Source: Chlamydiia bacterium
Lineage (GTDB): Bacteria > Chlamydiota > Chlamydiia > Chlamydiales > JAAKFQ01
Length of the DNA stretch: 10,142 bases
Direction of reading: 5' to 3'
NCBI GenBank assembly: GCA_041688145.1
Contig: JBDNIV010000049.1
Location: 1-10,142 of the forward strand
The notes under the pieces are model-generated. The model was given only the letters and a program-made list of their open reading frames with translations. It ran no database searches and was not told where the DNA came from. Shown here one piece after another: positions 1 through 7,435 of the stretch. A program made the position numbers and the translations under genes. Numbering within the stretch: the first letter of the stretch is position 1; every line of letters starts with the position of its first letter.

Positions 1-166
1 AAGCCAAATCTTCGGCATCTTTATAAAAAGCTTCGTAAAAATCTCCCATACGAAAAAGAAGTAGCGCTTCTTTAGCATCTACTTTACAGTCGTGCCACTG
101 CTGCATCATAGGAGTTAAAGAGGCTCTTTTTGGAAGAGCAGATAGTGGCAGAGGCGCTTGAGCCAT
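1..166 (-). CDS. mutS: DNA mismatch repair protein MutS, N-terminal part (runs off the window edge; not in ORF track)
   Basis: Manual translation from ATG at 166: [55 protein letters not shown]. Contains the MutS domain I signatures TPMMQQ and FRMGDFYE. Confidence 0.95.
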   Translation of the reverse strand, partial: MAQAPLPLSALPKRASLTPMMQQWHDCKVDAKEALLLFRMGDFYEAFYKDAEDLA

Positions 167-180
167 TAAATTAGATTCTT

Positions 181-212
181 TAGACAAAAAACTTTTCTCA
201 CTGCTATATAAT
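181..212 (+). promoter_or_regulatory. Candidate sigma70/sigma66 promoter for dnaG
   Basis: TAGACA at 181-186, TG at 202-203, TATATA at 205-210 overlapping a perfect TATAAT at 207-212. Spacing of 18-20 nt is not ideal. Confidence 0.4.
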
Positions 213-258
213 CAAGGTATTTTCTATCATGAAATTTTCACGAGTGCAACTCTAAATT

Positions 259-2037
259 ATGGCCCGTTATACAAAAGAGAGCTTAGAAGAGCTCAAATCG
301 CGTGTTGATTTGGTAGATGTGATTGGATCGCATATAGACCTGAAACGCATGGGAACAGCTTATAAAGCTCTTTGCCCTTTCCATGATGAGAAGAGTCCTT
401 CTTTTGTAGTGCAAAAAGGAGAGAGTCACTACCACTGTTTTGGCTGCTCAGCTCATGGAGATGCGATTGCTTTTTTAATGGAGCACTTGGGGTATAGCTT
501 TACCGATGCGATCGAGCATCTAGCTGAGCGCTCAGGTATTGTCATGGAACAAGAGAAAGGTGACAATGCATCCAAAACGGGCCTTTCATTTTCTTCTATG
601 AAAGAGTCGCTTGCCCAGGTCTCTGAGTTTTATCATTTTATTTTGCTTAGAACAGAAGCGGGTAAAAAAGCGCGCGCTTACTTGCAAGCAAGAGGCCTTG
701 GAACTGAATTTATCCGATTTTTTCAAATAGGTTTTTCTCCTGATGTTCCAGGCCTTTTTAGTAAAGCAATGCAAAAAATGGGTATGAGTGAAAAAACCCT
801 TAAAGAGCTTGGAGTTGTTTCGAACGCAGGATCGATGAATAGAGATCTTTTTTATGGGCGTATTGTTTTTCCAGTGTGTGATGCTATGGGCAGAGTTGTC
901 GGCTTTTCTGCACGTAAAATTGAAGAGAGCCAAATGGGAGGCAAATATATCAACACTCCCAAAACGCCCCTTTTCACGAAGTCTAAGCTCCTTTTTGGCC
1001 TAAACTATTCTAGAAAAAAAATGGTCAAAACAAAAAAAGCACTCATTGTGGAAGGGCAAATTGATGCACTCACCCTTATTCATGCAGGTTTTGATTACAC
1101 AGTAGCGACGCTTGGGACAGCATTTGGGGAGCAGCACATAGATGAGCTTGTTAAGCTAGGTGTAAAAGAAGTTATTCTTGCTATGGACGGAGACGAAGCT
1201 GGGAGAAAAGCGGCTTTGAAATCGGGAGATCTTTTGCAGAGTAGGGGACTTGTCACTTTAGTTTGCAAGCTTGAGGAATCAGAAGACCCCGATACACTCA
1301 TTCGCTTGAAAGGAAAAGATGCTTTTGAAAAAAAGATAGAAGAAGCAGAAGACTTTTTATCCTTTGCTATGGAGGCTTATGGCGTTTTTGCAAAAGAACC
1401 TGCTCAAAAAGTGCAAGCAGCGCACAGCTTAGCCACGCTTATTCGTGCATGGAAAGATCCGATTTTAGTGCATGAGACTCTAAAGGCCCTTGCTGAAAAA
1501 GCCCACCTGCCCCTTCATCTTCTTCAAGAAGTAGCGCCAAGGCGTCTTCAAGTCATAAAGTCGTTATCAAATCCAGATAGCCCTAGCGTATCTGCTGTTG
1601 ATGAAGACATCGTCTATTGGCTGATTCACAGCAGTATGAGACCTGCCTTTTTCTTTGAGATGGCAGAGCTCAACATAGAAAAAGAGGCTTTTCAAGATGT
1701 GCATTGCCAAAGGCTATTTGAGTTATGCGTCATGCTTTTTAAAGAAAAAGGAAGTCTAGATCTTATTACGTTATGTAGCGAGGCTGATGATGAGATCTCT
1801 TTACTTATTGACAAGCTCTCTAAAAAGCGAGTGAATCGTGATAAAGCAAAAGTGCTGTATGAAAAAGCGCTTTTAAAGTTTAAAGAAAGGGCGTGGCTCA
1901 AAGAGCGTGAAGCTATCAAGCTCAAGATTCAAAGCGGAGCGTGCTCTGATGAAGAGGTGCTTGAGCTTGTGCGCGCATTTGATAAGATTAAAAACAGCTT
2001 ACCTAAGCTGGTTTTTCCTGAACTAAGCATGCCTTAA
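259..2037 (+). CDS. dnaG: DNA primase
   Basis: Zinc-binding CPFHDEKSPSF...YHCFGC, then GRIVFP, GFSAR, KYINTP, and TOPRIM motifs VEGQID and DGDEAG, DPD. 592 aa. Confidence 0.98.
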   Translation: MARYTKESLEELKSRVDLVDVIGSHIDLKRMGTAYKALCPFHDEKSPSFVVQKGESHYHCFGCSAHGDAIAFLMEHLGYSFTDAIEHLAERSGIVMEQEKGDNASKTGLSFSSMKESLAQVSEFYHFILLRTEAGKKARAYLQARGLGTEFIRFFQIGFSPDVPGLFSKAMQKMGMSEKTLKELGVVSNAGSMNRDLFYGRIVFPVCDAMGRVVGFSARKIEESQMGGKYINTPKTPLFTKSKLLFGLNYSRKKMVKTKKALIVEGQIDALTLIHAGFDYTVATLGTAFGEQHIDELVKLGVKEVILAMDGDEAGRKAALKSGDLLQSRGLVTLVCKLEESEDPDTLIRLKGKDAFEKKIEEAEDFLSFAMEAYGVFAKEPAQKVQAAHSLATLIRAWKDPILVHETLKALAEKAHLPLHLLQEVAPRRLQVIKSLSNPDSPSVSAVDEDIVYWLIHSSMRPAFFFEMAELNIEKEAFQDVHCQRLFELCVMLFKEKGSLDLITLCSEADDEISLLIDKLSKKRVNRDKAKVLYEKALLKFKERAWLKEREAIKLKIQSGACSDEEVLELVRAFDKIKNSLPKLVFPELSMP

Positions 2038-2047
2038 TTAAATCGGT
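2037..2047 (+). repeat. 11-bp direct repeat copy 1 (ATTAAATCGGT)
   Basis: Exact match to 2970-2980. Overlaps the last base of the dnaG stop codon. Confidence 0.85.
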
Positions 2048-2054
2048 TAGGATT

Positions 2055-2858
2055 TCAATCTTTAGCAGGGGATGCAACAGCTCCAGCTAAAACGCCTCCA
2101 TCAATTGTAATCTCAGAGCCTGTGAGGTAAGACGACTCATCGCTTGCTAGATATAGAGCTGCATAAGCTACATCGATCGGCTTTCCAAAGTGTCTTAGGG
2201 GGATAGCATGCTCCGCTTCTTTGAGACGCTTTTCATGATCTTTTGCAGCTCCTAAGCAAAGATCCCAAAGAGGGGTCATAATAGCTGCGGGGTGTAGTGA
2301 GTTGCACCGAATATTGTAGCTATGATCAGCGCAGTAAAGAGCTACTGTTTTTGTGTGGTTGCGCACAGCAGCTTTGCTTGAGGCGTAAGCAGCAGCTCCG
2401 GGTATGCCGACAATACCTGAGCGTGATGACATGTTGATGATCGAGCCGCCAGATTTTTTCATTGCCTTAATGCCATATTTACAACCTAAAAAAGTACCAT
2501 CAAGATTGATAGAATGTACGAGCTTCCAGGTATCTAAAGAGGCTTCTTCAGGGTTTTGGGGGCCGAGATCTAAGCCTATAACGCCTGCGTTATTAACAAG
2601 AATATCAAGATGGCCTGTTTTTTTTAGGATGGTATCTATTACAGAGGCCCATTTTTTTTCATCTTGCACGTCTTGTTTGATGAAATCGGCTTTTTTGCCT
2701 CCACCTTGAAGAGCACTTGCTACTTTTTTACCTTCTTTCTCATTAATGTCTGTCAGAAAGACATGCGCACCTTCTTTTGTAAAAAGCTCACAAATAGCTT
2801 TTCCAATTCCATTAGCGCCTCCAGTTACAAGCGCAATTTTCCCTTCAATTCTTCCCAA
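2055..2858 (-). CDS. Classical short-chain dehydrogenase/reductase, probably NAD(H)-dependent
   Basis: TGGANGIG Rossmann motif, acidic D after strand beta2 (LTDIN), NNAG, catalytic S and YASSK (YxxxK), C-terminal TGSEITIDGG. TTG start with GGAGG RBS at 2865-2869 on the minus strand. Confidence 0.95.
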   Translation of the reverse strand: MGRIEGKIALVTGGANGIGKAICELFTKEGAHVFLTDINEKEGKKVASALQGGGKKADFIKQDVQDEKKWASVIDTILKKTGHLDILVNNAGVIGLDLGPQNPEEASLDTWKLVHSINLDGTFLGCKYGIKAMKKSGGSIINMSSRSGIVGIPGAAAYASSKAAVRNHTKTVALYCADHSYNIRCNSLHPAAIMTPLWDLCLGAAKDHEKRLKEAEHAIPLRHFGKPIDVAYAALYLASDESSYLTGSEITIDGGVLAGAVASPAKD

Positions 2859-2969
2859 AATTATCCTCCAGTCTTTAAGATAGTTTTAGAGTCCACAATC
2901 TTTTCTATAAGGTAAACTGCGCTTTTATTACATCTCTATTATGAAGATGTTTACATGAGGCGCTTGTCG

Positions 2970-2980
2970 ATTAAATCGGT
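2970..2980 (+). repeat. 11-bp direct repeat copy 2 (ATTAAATCGGT)
   Basis: Exact match to 2037-2047. Also overlaps the palindrome CGATT-A-AATCG (2968-2978). Confidence 0.85.
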
Positions 2981-3000
2981 ATAAGAGATATATTGGCGTT

Positions 3001-3798
3001 ATGGGACAAAAGCCTTTTTTTACAATTATAGTGCCGTGTTTTAAAGAAGAAGGCCTTTTGATGGATACATTAGTCAGTCTATCAGGCCAGGCGTTGACAA
3101 ACTTTGAAGTGATCTTAATCGATGGAGGCACATCAGATACTATTCTAAAAAAAGCGAAAGACCTTTTTTCAGGACGCCTCCGCGTCTACACGGTGCTCTA
3201 TTACCACTACTACAATATGCTAAATAAAGGTGTAAAGCTCGCCTTAGGGGAGTATGTCCTATTTTTCCGTCCAGGTAATGTGCTCTCTTCGATATATGCG
3301 TTTGAAGAGCTTCATAAGATGATAGAGCTCACGGATAACCCTCATGGGATTGTGTCAGCTGCAATTGCTTACAATCCAGACTTAGAGGCAAAGGCTATTA
3401 TTTCTCCTCCACTTTCATCAAGAAAATTGGCTGCAGGGGTGATTCAGACGCCCTTAGCCTCAAGATGCTTTCGGAGGGACTTTTTGTTAGATGAGGGGCG
3501 CTTTGATGAGCGGTATTGGGTGCGAGCAGGTTTTGACCTTATATGCCGGGCTGCCTTAAAGCCTCAGATTCGCATTGTGAGTATGAGCCGAGTATTAACT
3601 CAGCACCATACAGCCTTTGAAATCGACGGCCGTTACATAGGCTATCATATGGAGACGCTTAAAATTATTTATCGTCATTTCGGTCTCCGCAAGGTAATAT
3701 CTTACTTACTTAGTATCAACATGTTGTCTATTTTTAGATACGGGATTCAGCATACAGGATTTTATAAAGAAGATCAGCGCTTAACAGCTGAAGTGTAG
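3001..3798 (+). CDS. Family 2 (GT-A fold) glycosyltransferase-like protein, divergent
   Basis: TIIVPCF..., Q...FEVILIDGGTSD, NKGVKLALGEYVLF and FDERY fit the GT2 pattern. The DxD position reads RPGN. Confidence 0.85.
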   Translation: MGQKPFFTIIVPCFKEEGLLMDTLVSLSGQALTNFEVILIDGGTSDTILKKAKDLFSGRLRVYTVLYYHYYNMLNKGVKLALGEYVLFFRPGNVLSSIYAFEELHKMIELTDNPHGIVSAAIAYNPDLEAKAIISPPLSSRKLAAGVIQTPLASRCFRRDFLLDEGRFDERYWVRAGFDLICRAALKPQIRIVSMSRVLTQHHTAFEIDGRYIGYHMETLKIIYRHFGLRKVISYLLSINMLSIFRYGIQHTGFYKEDQRLTAEV

Positions 3799-3805
3799 TA
3801 AATTC

Positions 3806-3834
3806 TTGACTTTTAATAGGATTTATATTAAGAT
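3806..3834 (+). promoter_or_regulatory. sigma70/sigma66 promoter for the orphan ORF
   Basis: TTGACT (3806-3811), 17-nt spacer, TAAGAT (3829-3834). GAAGGA RBS at 3848-3853. Confidence 0.7.
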
Positions 3835-3859
3835 ACTTTAAAGAAACGAAGGAAAATAC

Positions 3860-4162
3860 ATGTTTGAGATAAATGATGATGGCAGCTTTCTTATTAAGAA
3901 TAGCGCTGTTTTAGGCGACGCGCCCCTTGCGTCTGATGAGGCTAAAAAAGCGTGTCACGCTTTAAGCGCACACGCTTTAGTCGCCAAGCTGAAAAAAGAG
4001 GCTCTTTTACAAGAGCGCACTGAAAGTCAAGTTTTAGGCCAGGGTGAGGCGTCTGTAAGAAGAGAGGCTCTTAGGACTGCTGCTCAAAAGAGCACAGCTA
4101 CTTCACTCGAAGAGTTAGAAAATGAAGTATTTTCTAACTGGTCTTCGAGTCAAATGGGCTAA
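3860..4162 (+). CDS. Hypothetical protein, 100 aa
   Basis: ATG with RBS and a good promoter upstream; fills the intergenic space. Ala/Glu/Ser/Lys-rich and likely helical; no recognisable family. Confidence 0.75.
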   Translation: MFEINDDGSFLIKNSAVLGDAPLASDEAKKACHALSAHALVAKLKKEALLQERTESQVLGQGEASVRREALRTAAQKSTATSLEELENEVFSNWSSSQMG

Positions 4163-4208
4163 TTAAGCTGTTTTTGAGCCTCTGTTCCATAGAAGCTTTC
4201 AAAGGTGT

Positions 4209-4237
4209 TTGCGCATTTTTCCTAACTTATGCATAGT
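4209..4237 (+). promoter_or_regulatory. Candidate promoter for pgsA
   Basis: TTGCGC (4209-4214), 17 nt, CATAGT (4232-4237). Consistent with the downstream TTG start at 4271. Confidence 0.35.
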
Positions 4238-4270
4238 GAAGTCTTATATCTACATCTGAGGAATCTAGAT

Positions 4271-4882
4271 TTGGGATTTGCTAACATTTTGACACTTTTT
4301 CGCCTTTTGGTGTGCCCTATATTTTATGCAATATATACGCACTACTCTTGGTTTAATATCACCTTTCCAACAGCTATATATCTATTAATCGGTCTTCTAG
4401 CGATATCTGAGCTTTCTGATTTTTTAGATGGACACATCGCGAGAAAATACAATCAAGTCACCGATGTAGGTAAGATTTTAGATCCTATGGCTGATAGTAT
4501 ATCACGCATCTGCGTCTTTTTGACTTTCACCCTACCTCCTGTACAACTGCCGATTATCTATATTTTTGTCTTTTTGTATCGCGACTCAATTATAGCCTCT
4601 TTGCGCACTATTTGTGCCCTTAAGGGGTTTGCCTTGGCAGCTCGTAGAAGCGGGAAGCTAAAAGCTGTGATTTTGGCTGTTGTAGCATTTGCGATTCTCT
4701 TTTTACTGATAGGACAAACTCGCAATTGGATCTCTATTGAGGCTGTGCAAGTATGGAGTTTTTGGCTAGTCACTGTAGCTGCTATTTACTCTATTTTGTC
4801 TGGGGTAGAGTATATTGTTGTGAACTACAGCTATATCAAAAGTGCGTTTTTATCTAAGCGAGAGTCTAAGCGAAAAAAATAA
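4271..4882 (+). CDS. pgsA: CDP-diacylglycerol--glycerol-3-phosphate 3-phosphatidyltransferase
   Basis: CDP-alcohol phosphotransferase motif DFLDGHIARKYNQVTDVGKILDPMAD, N-terminal ANILTLFR, GKLKA, several hydrophobic helices. Start moved from 4229 to the in-frame TTG at 4271 (GAGG at 4258-4261; gives a typical MGFANILT N-terminus). Confidence 0.93.
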   Translation: MGFANILTLFRLLVCPIFYAIYTHYSWFNITFPTAIYLLIGLLAISELSDFLDGHIARKYNQVTDVGKILDPMADSISRICVFLTFTLPPVQLPIIYIFVFLYRDSIIASLRTICALKGFALAARRSGKLKAVILAVVAFAILFLLIGQTRNWISIEAVQVWSFWLVTVAAIYSILSGVEYIVVNYSYIKSAFLSKRESKRKK

Positions 4883-4894
4883 TGGAGGATTTCT

Positions 4895-5239
4895 ATGTCT
4901 CGTATTTTTATCTACCTTGTCGCTTTTTCTTGTTTTTACGCCCATAGCTTTTGTGCTACTCGGGAGCTGCAGTTTGAAAACGAGCATGTAAAAGTTTGGA
5001 AGACTACCATTTCAGCAAAAGATCCTCTAGGTATGCACCGTCATGAAAGAAACCGAGTTGTTATTGGTTTGCAAGGAGGCGTGCTAGAGAAAGTAGAAAA
5101 GACTGGGGGAAAATCTATGATTAAGATTCCTTCAGAAAAAGCTATTTGGTTTGAGAAAGATCCTATTGGCACTCTTCATTCTGATGCAAATACATCTGAT
5201 GAGCCGATTGTTGTTATGGTTATTGAGCTCAAAGAATAA
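4895..5239 (+). CDS. Small cupin-fold protein with probable signal peptide
   Basis: FENEHVKVW, MHRH and LHSDANTSDEPIVVMVIELK fit a cupin beta-barrel. Hydrophobic N-terminus MSRIFIYLVAFSCFYAHSFCA. GGAGG RBS at 4884-4888. Confidence 0.8.
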   Translation: MSRIFIYLVAFSCFYAHSFCATRELQFENEHVKVWKTTISAKDPLGMHRHERNRVVIGLQGGVLEKVEKTGGKSMIKIPSEKAIWFEKDPIGTLHSDANTSDEPIVVMVIELKE

Positions 5240-5739
5240 TGGATTTAGCTATTGCTATTGAGGGTGTCTATATCCCTGCTGGAATGCGAGTAACAAAAGA
5301 GCCTATAAAAGCTGCAGAAAGTTCTGAATATGGGGCAGCATCTTTTGCTCTTAATGATTCACCTATCTTATTTAGAATAGCAAAAACAACGCCAACTAAA
5401 GTGGGGCAATTTGTAACTCTATGGAAGCGCGCTTGCCCAAAGGCCCCGATCACACCCTTTGATGAGAGTGATGAGATAGCCTTTGTTATAGTGAATGTCT
5501 GTGATGGCGCATCTAAGGGGCAGTTTATCTTTGATCAAGAGATTTTGCTTAAAAAAGGGATCTTTTCAAAGAGCATGAAAGGGGGGAAGCTTGCTTTTCG
5601 CCTCTATGCACCGTCGACTCATCCTACATCAAAAATGGCTATAAAAACACAAGAGTGGCAGCGGCCTTATTTTCTGCCCTTTATGCCAGGTGAAAATGTT
5701 GATTTATCAAAAGTTCGGAGCCTTTTAAAGAGAGCTTAG
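5239..5739 (+). CDS. MepB-family protein
   Basis: ESSEYGA, FRIAKTTPTKVGQFVTLWKR, GQFIF, LLKKGI, GKLAFRLY and TQEWQ match the MepB family pattern. Start overlaps the cupin stop (TAATG). Confidence 0.88.
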   Translation: MDLAIAIEGVYIPAGMRVTKEPIKAAESSEYGAASFALNDSPILFRIAKTTPTKVGQFVTLWKRACPKAPITPFDESDEIAFVIVNVCDGASKGQFIFDQEILLKKGIFSKSMKGGKLAFRLYAPSTHPTSKMAIKTQEWQRPYFLPFMPGENVDLSKVRSLLKRA

Positions 5740-5744
5740 TTTTT

Positions 5745-7205
5745 TTAAGGCTTTTTCTTGTAGATCTTGTAATAGTCTTCAGCAGATTTTTCCCAATCGT
5801 AAGGCGCTTTAAGTGCATTATTCACAAGGCGTCCCCACTCTGTAGGGCGCTTTTCCCAACATAGAAGAGCGCGATCAATCGCTTCTTCAATAGAGGCTTT
5901 TGTCGGTTTTGAAAACGTAAAGCCATTGCGCTTTGAGGGCTTCTTAGAGCTGTCTTTTAGATCAAAGACGCTGTCGGCAAGCCCGCCTGTATTTCTCACG
6001 ATAGGGATCGTTCCAAAGCGCATAGCGATCATTTGTGTAATGCCGCACGGTTCAAAAAGAGAAGGTATGATGAACATATCACTTCCGGCAAAGATTTTGT
6101 GGGCAATTTCTTCATTATGATGAAACTGCAGATGCGCTCTATTTGTAGGCTTGAGCTGTTTTTTTAGCTCTTCAAAGTCACGCTCAGTTTCTTTGGAGGC
6201 TCGAGAGCCTAGAAGGACAAATTGACCTCCTTTTTTAAGCGTATATTCAATAGCGTGTTCAATAAGGCCTAAGCCTTTTTGTTCAACCAGCCGTGTGATG
6301 CATGCGATAAGAGGTACTTTGGCATTTGATTCTAGATGGAGCGTTTTTTGCAGATCGAGTTTATTTTTTTGTTTGATCTTTGCAAAAGCTGTTTTTGCTC
6401 GGCCAAAAATACGTGTGATTTTTCCTACATTAAAGCGCGCTTTAATGTAGGGGTCTTTTTCAGGATCCCAAGTGTGGTAGTCAATGCCGTTTAAGATGCC
6501 GCTATAATGAGCGCCTTTCTTTTTTAAAAGAGCAAAAAGGCCCCAGGTGCTTTTCTTTGAGAGCATATCTCTAGCAAAGCGTGGAGAGACGGTGGTCACA
6601 AAGTCAGAGTAGATAATGCCTGCTTTTAAGAGGTTGATTTTTGTAAGGCCACAAGACCACTCTTTTGTGGACTTGAGCGTATTTAACTTTTTGAAAAGGG
6701 CTTTTGTGCAGATGCCTTGGTAAGCGGGGTTGTGGATTGTAAAAATAGTTTGAATTGGGCTTTTTGCAAAGCTGAGCATCGGCGCGATCGCAGCTGTATG
6801 CCAGTCGTGCATATGGACTACATCGGGTTTGTAGCGCTCAAATAAAGCATAGCTGCAAGCGCAAAAGTATAAAAACCGCTCCATGTCGTCAGAGCAGCCA
6901 TAGATAGCCTTTCTTCTGAAATACCGTTTTTGGGTGTGCTCTTCAATAAGCCATACTTTAAGGCTGCCAATATGGGCTTGCCAAAGTGTATTTTTATGCC
7001 ACTGATTATCAAACAAAACTTTGAAAGAAGAGAGTTTTTTTAGGCCCTTCAATCCTTTTTTATCAATCACGTCGTACTTAGGAATGAGCACACAGGTGTC
7101 TAAACCTTTTTTCCCAAGTTCTAGAGGAAGGCCGAGGGTAACGTCCGCTAAGCCTCCAATTTTAGCTATAGGTGCGAGCTCTGCGGCGAGATGTAAGACT
7201 TTCAT
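5745..7205 (-). CDS. glgA: Glycogen synthase (GT5, ADP-glucose type)
   Basis: KIGGLADV (KxGGL), HMHDWH, TIHNPAYQG, GILNGID, RLVEQKG, PSLFEPCGITQM, TGGLADSV. AAGGAA RBS at 7212-7217 on the minus strand. Confidence 0.97.
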   Translation of the reverse strand: MKVLHLAAELAPIAKIGGLADVTLGLPLELGKKGLDTCVLIPKYDVIDKKGLKGLKKLSSFKVLFDNQWHKNTLWQAHIGSLKVWLIEEHTQKRYFRRKAIYGCSDDMERFLYFCACSYALFERYKPDVVHMHDWHTAAIAPMLSFAKSPIQTIFTIHNPAYQGICTKALFKKLNTLKSTKEWSCGLTKINLLKAGIIYSDFVTTVSPRFARDMLSKKSTWGLFALLKKKGAHYSGILNGIDYHTWDPEKDPYIKARFNVGKITRIFGRAKTAFAKIKQKNKLDLQKTLHLESNAKVPLIACITRLVEQKGLGLIEHAIEYTLKKGGQFVLLGSRASKETERDFEELKKQLKPTNRAHLQFHHNEEIAHKIFAGSDMFIIPSLFEPCGITQMIAMRFGTIPIVRNTGGLADSVFDLKDSSKKPSKRNGFTFSKPTKASIEEAIDRALLCWEKRPTEWGRLVNNALKAPYDWEKSAEDYYKIYKKKP

Positions 7206-7283
7206 AAAACGTTCCTTGCTTTCGTTAAAAAAGCACAGTAAAATCTTTAATGCAAGGCCCGAGAGGTTTCATGGGAGTTTCGG

Positions 7284-7312
7284 TTGTCATTAATTGCTAA
7301 GAGCGCTACACT
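7284..7312 (+). promoter_or_regulatory. sigma70/sigma66 promoter for the tRNA-Gln-rplY-pth-rpsF-rpsR-rplI unit
   Basis: TTGTCA (7284-7289), 17 nt, TACACT (7307-7312), ending 26 nt before the tRNA. Confidence 0.75.
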
Positions 7313-7338
7313 TTTGGCTTAATTGCAACCCGTCATAC

Positions 7339-7410
7339 TGGGGTGTCGCCAAGCGGTAAGGCAGCGGTTTTTGGTACCGCCATGCGGAGGTTCGAATCCT
7401 TCCACCCCAA
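7339..7410 (+). tRNA. tRNA-Gln (anticodon TTG)
   Basis: Acceptor stem TGGGGTG/CACCCCA, D arm GCC-AAGCGGTAA-GGC, anticodon stem GCGGT/ACCGC with TTG at 7371-7373, T arm GGAGG-TTCGAAT-CCTTC. CCA is not encoded. Confidence 0.97.
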
Positions 7411-7435
7411 CTTTGTCATACAGTGGAAAATAGTT

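Noticed and set aside
224..250. CIRCE-like half site GAGTGCAAC at 242-250
   Set aside because: The left arm at N9 spacing (CTATCATGA) matches TTAGCACTC at only 4 of 9 positions, and the neighbours are not heat-shock genes.
4229..4270. ORF-track start of pgsA at 4229
   Set aside because: No RBS there. TTG at 4271 has GAGG upstream and gives the family-typical N-terminus.
4853..4873. TCTAAGCGA duplicated at the end of pgsA (12-nt period)
   Set aside because: In-frame micro-duplication (SKRESKR) with both copies on the same side of the cupin-MepB pair, so it is not a target-site duplication.
2048..4893. AGGATTT recurring just after the dnaG, GT2 and pgsA stops (2049, 3818, 4886)
   Set aside because: Only 7-8 nt in AT-rich DNA, at inconsistent offsets, and one copy is part of an RBS.
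7343..7435. 31-aa N-terminal extension of bL25 in the ORF track
   Set aside because: It is the tRNA-Gln sequence read in frame; bL25 similarity starts at the ATG at 7436.
7339..7435. tRNA-Gln as an integration site
   Set aside because: No integrase or duplicated tRNA 3' end seen; rplY follows 25 nt later.
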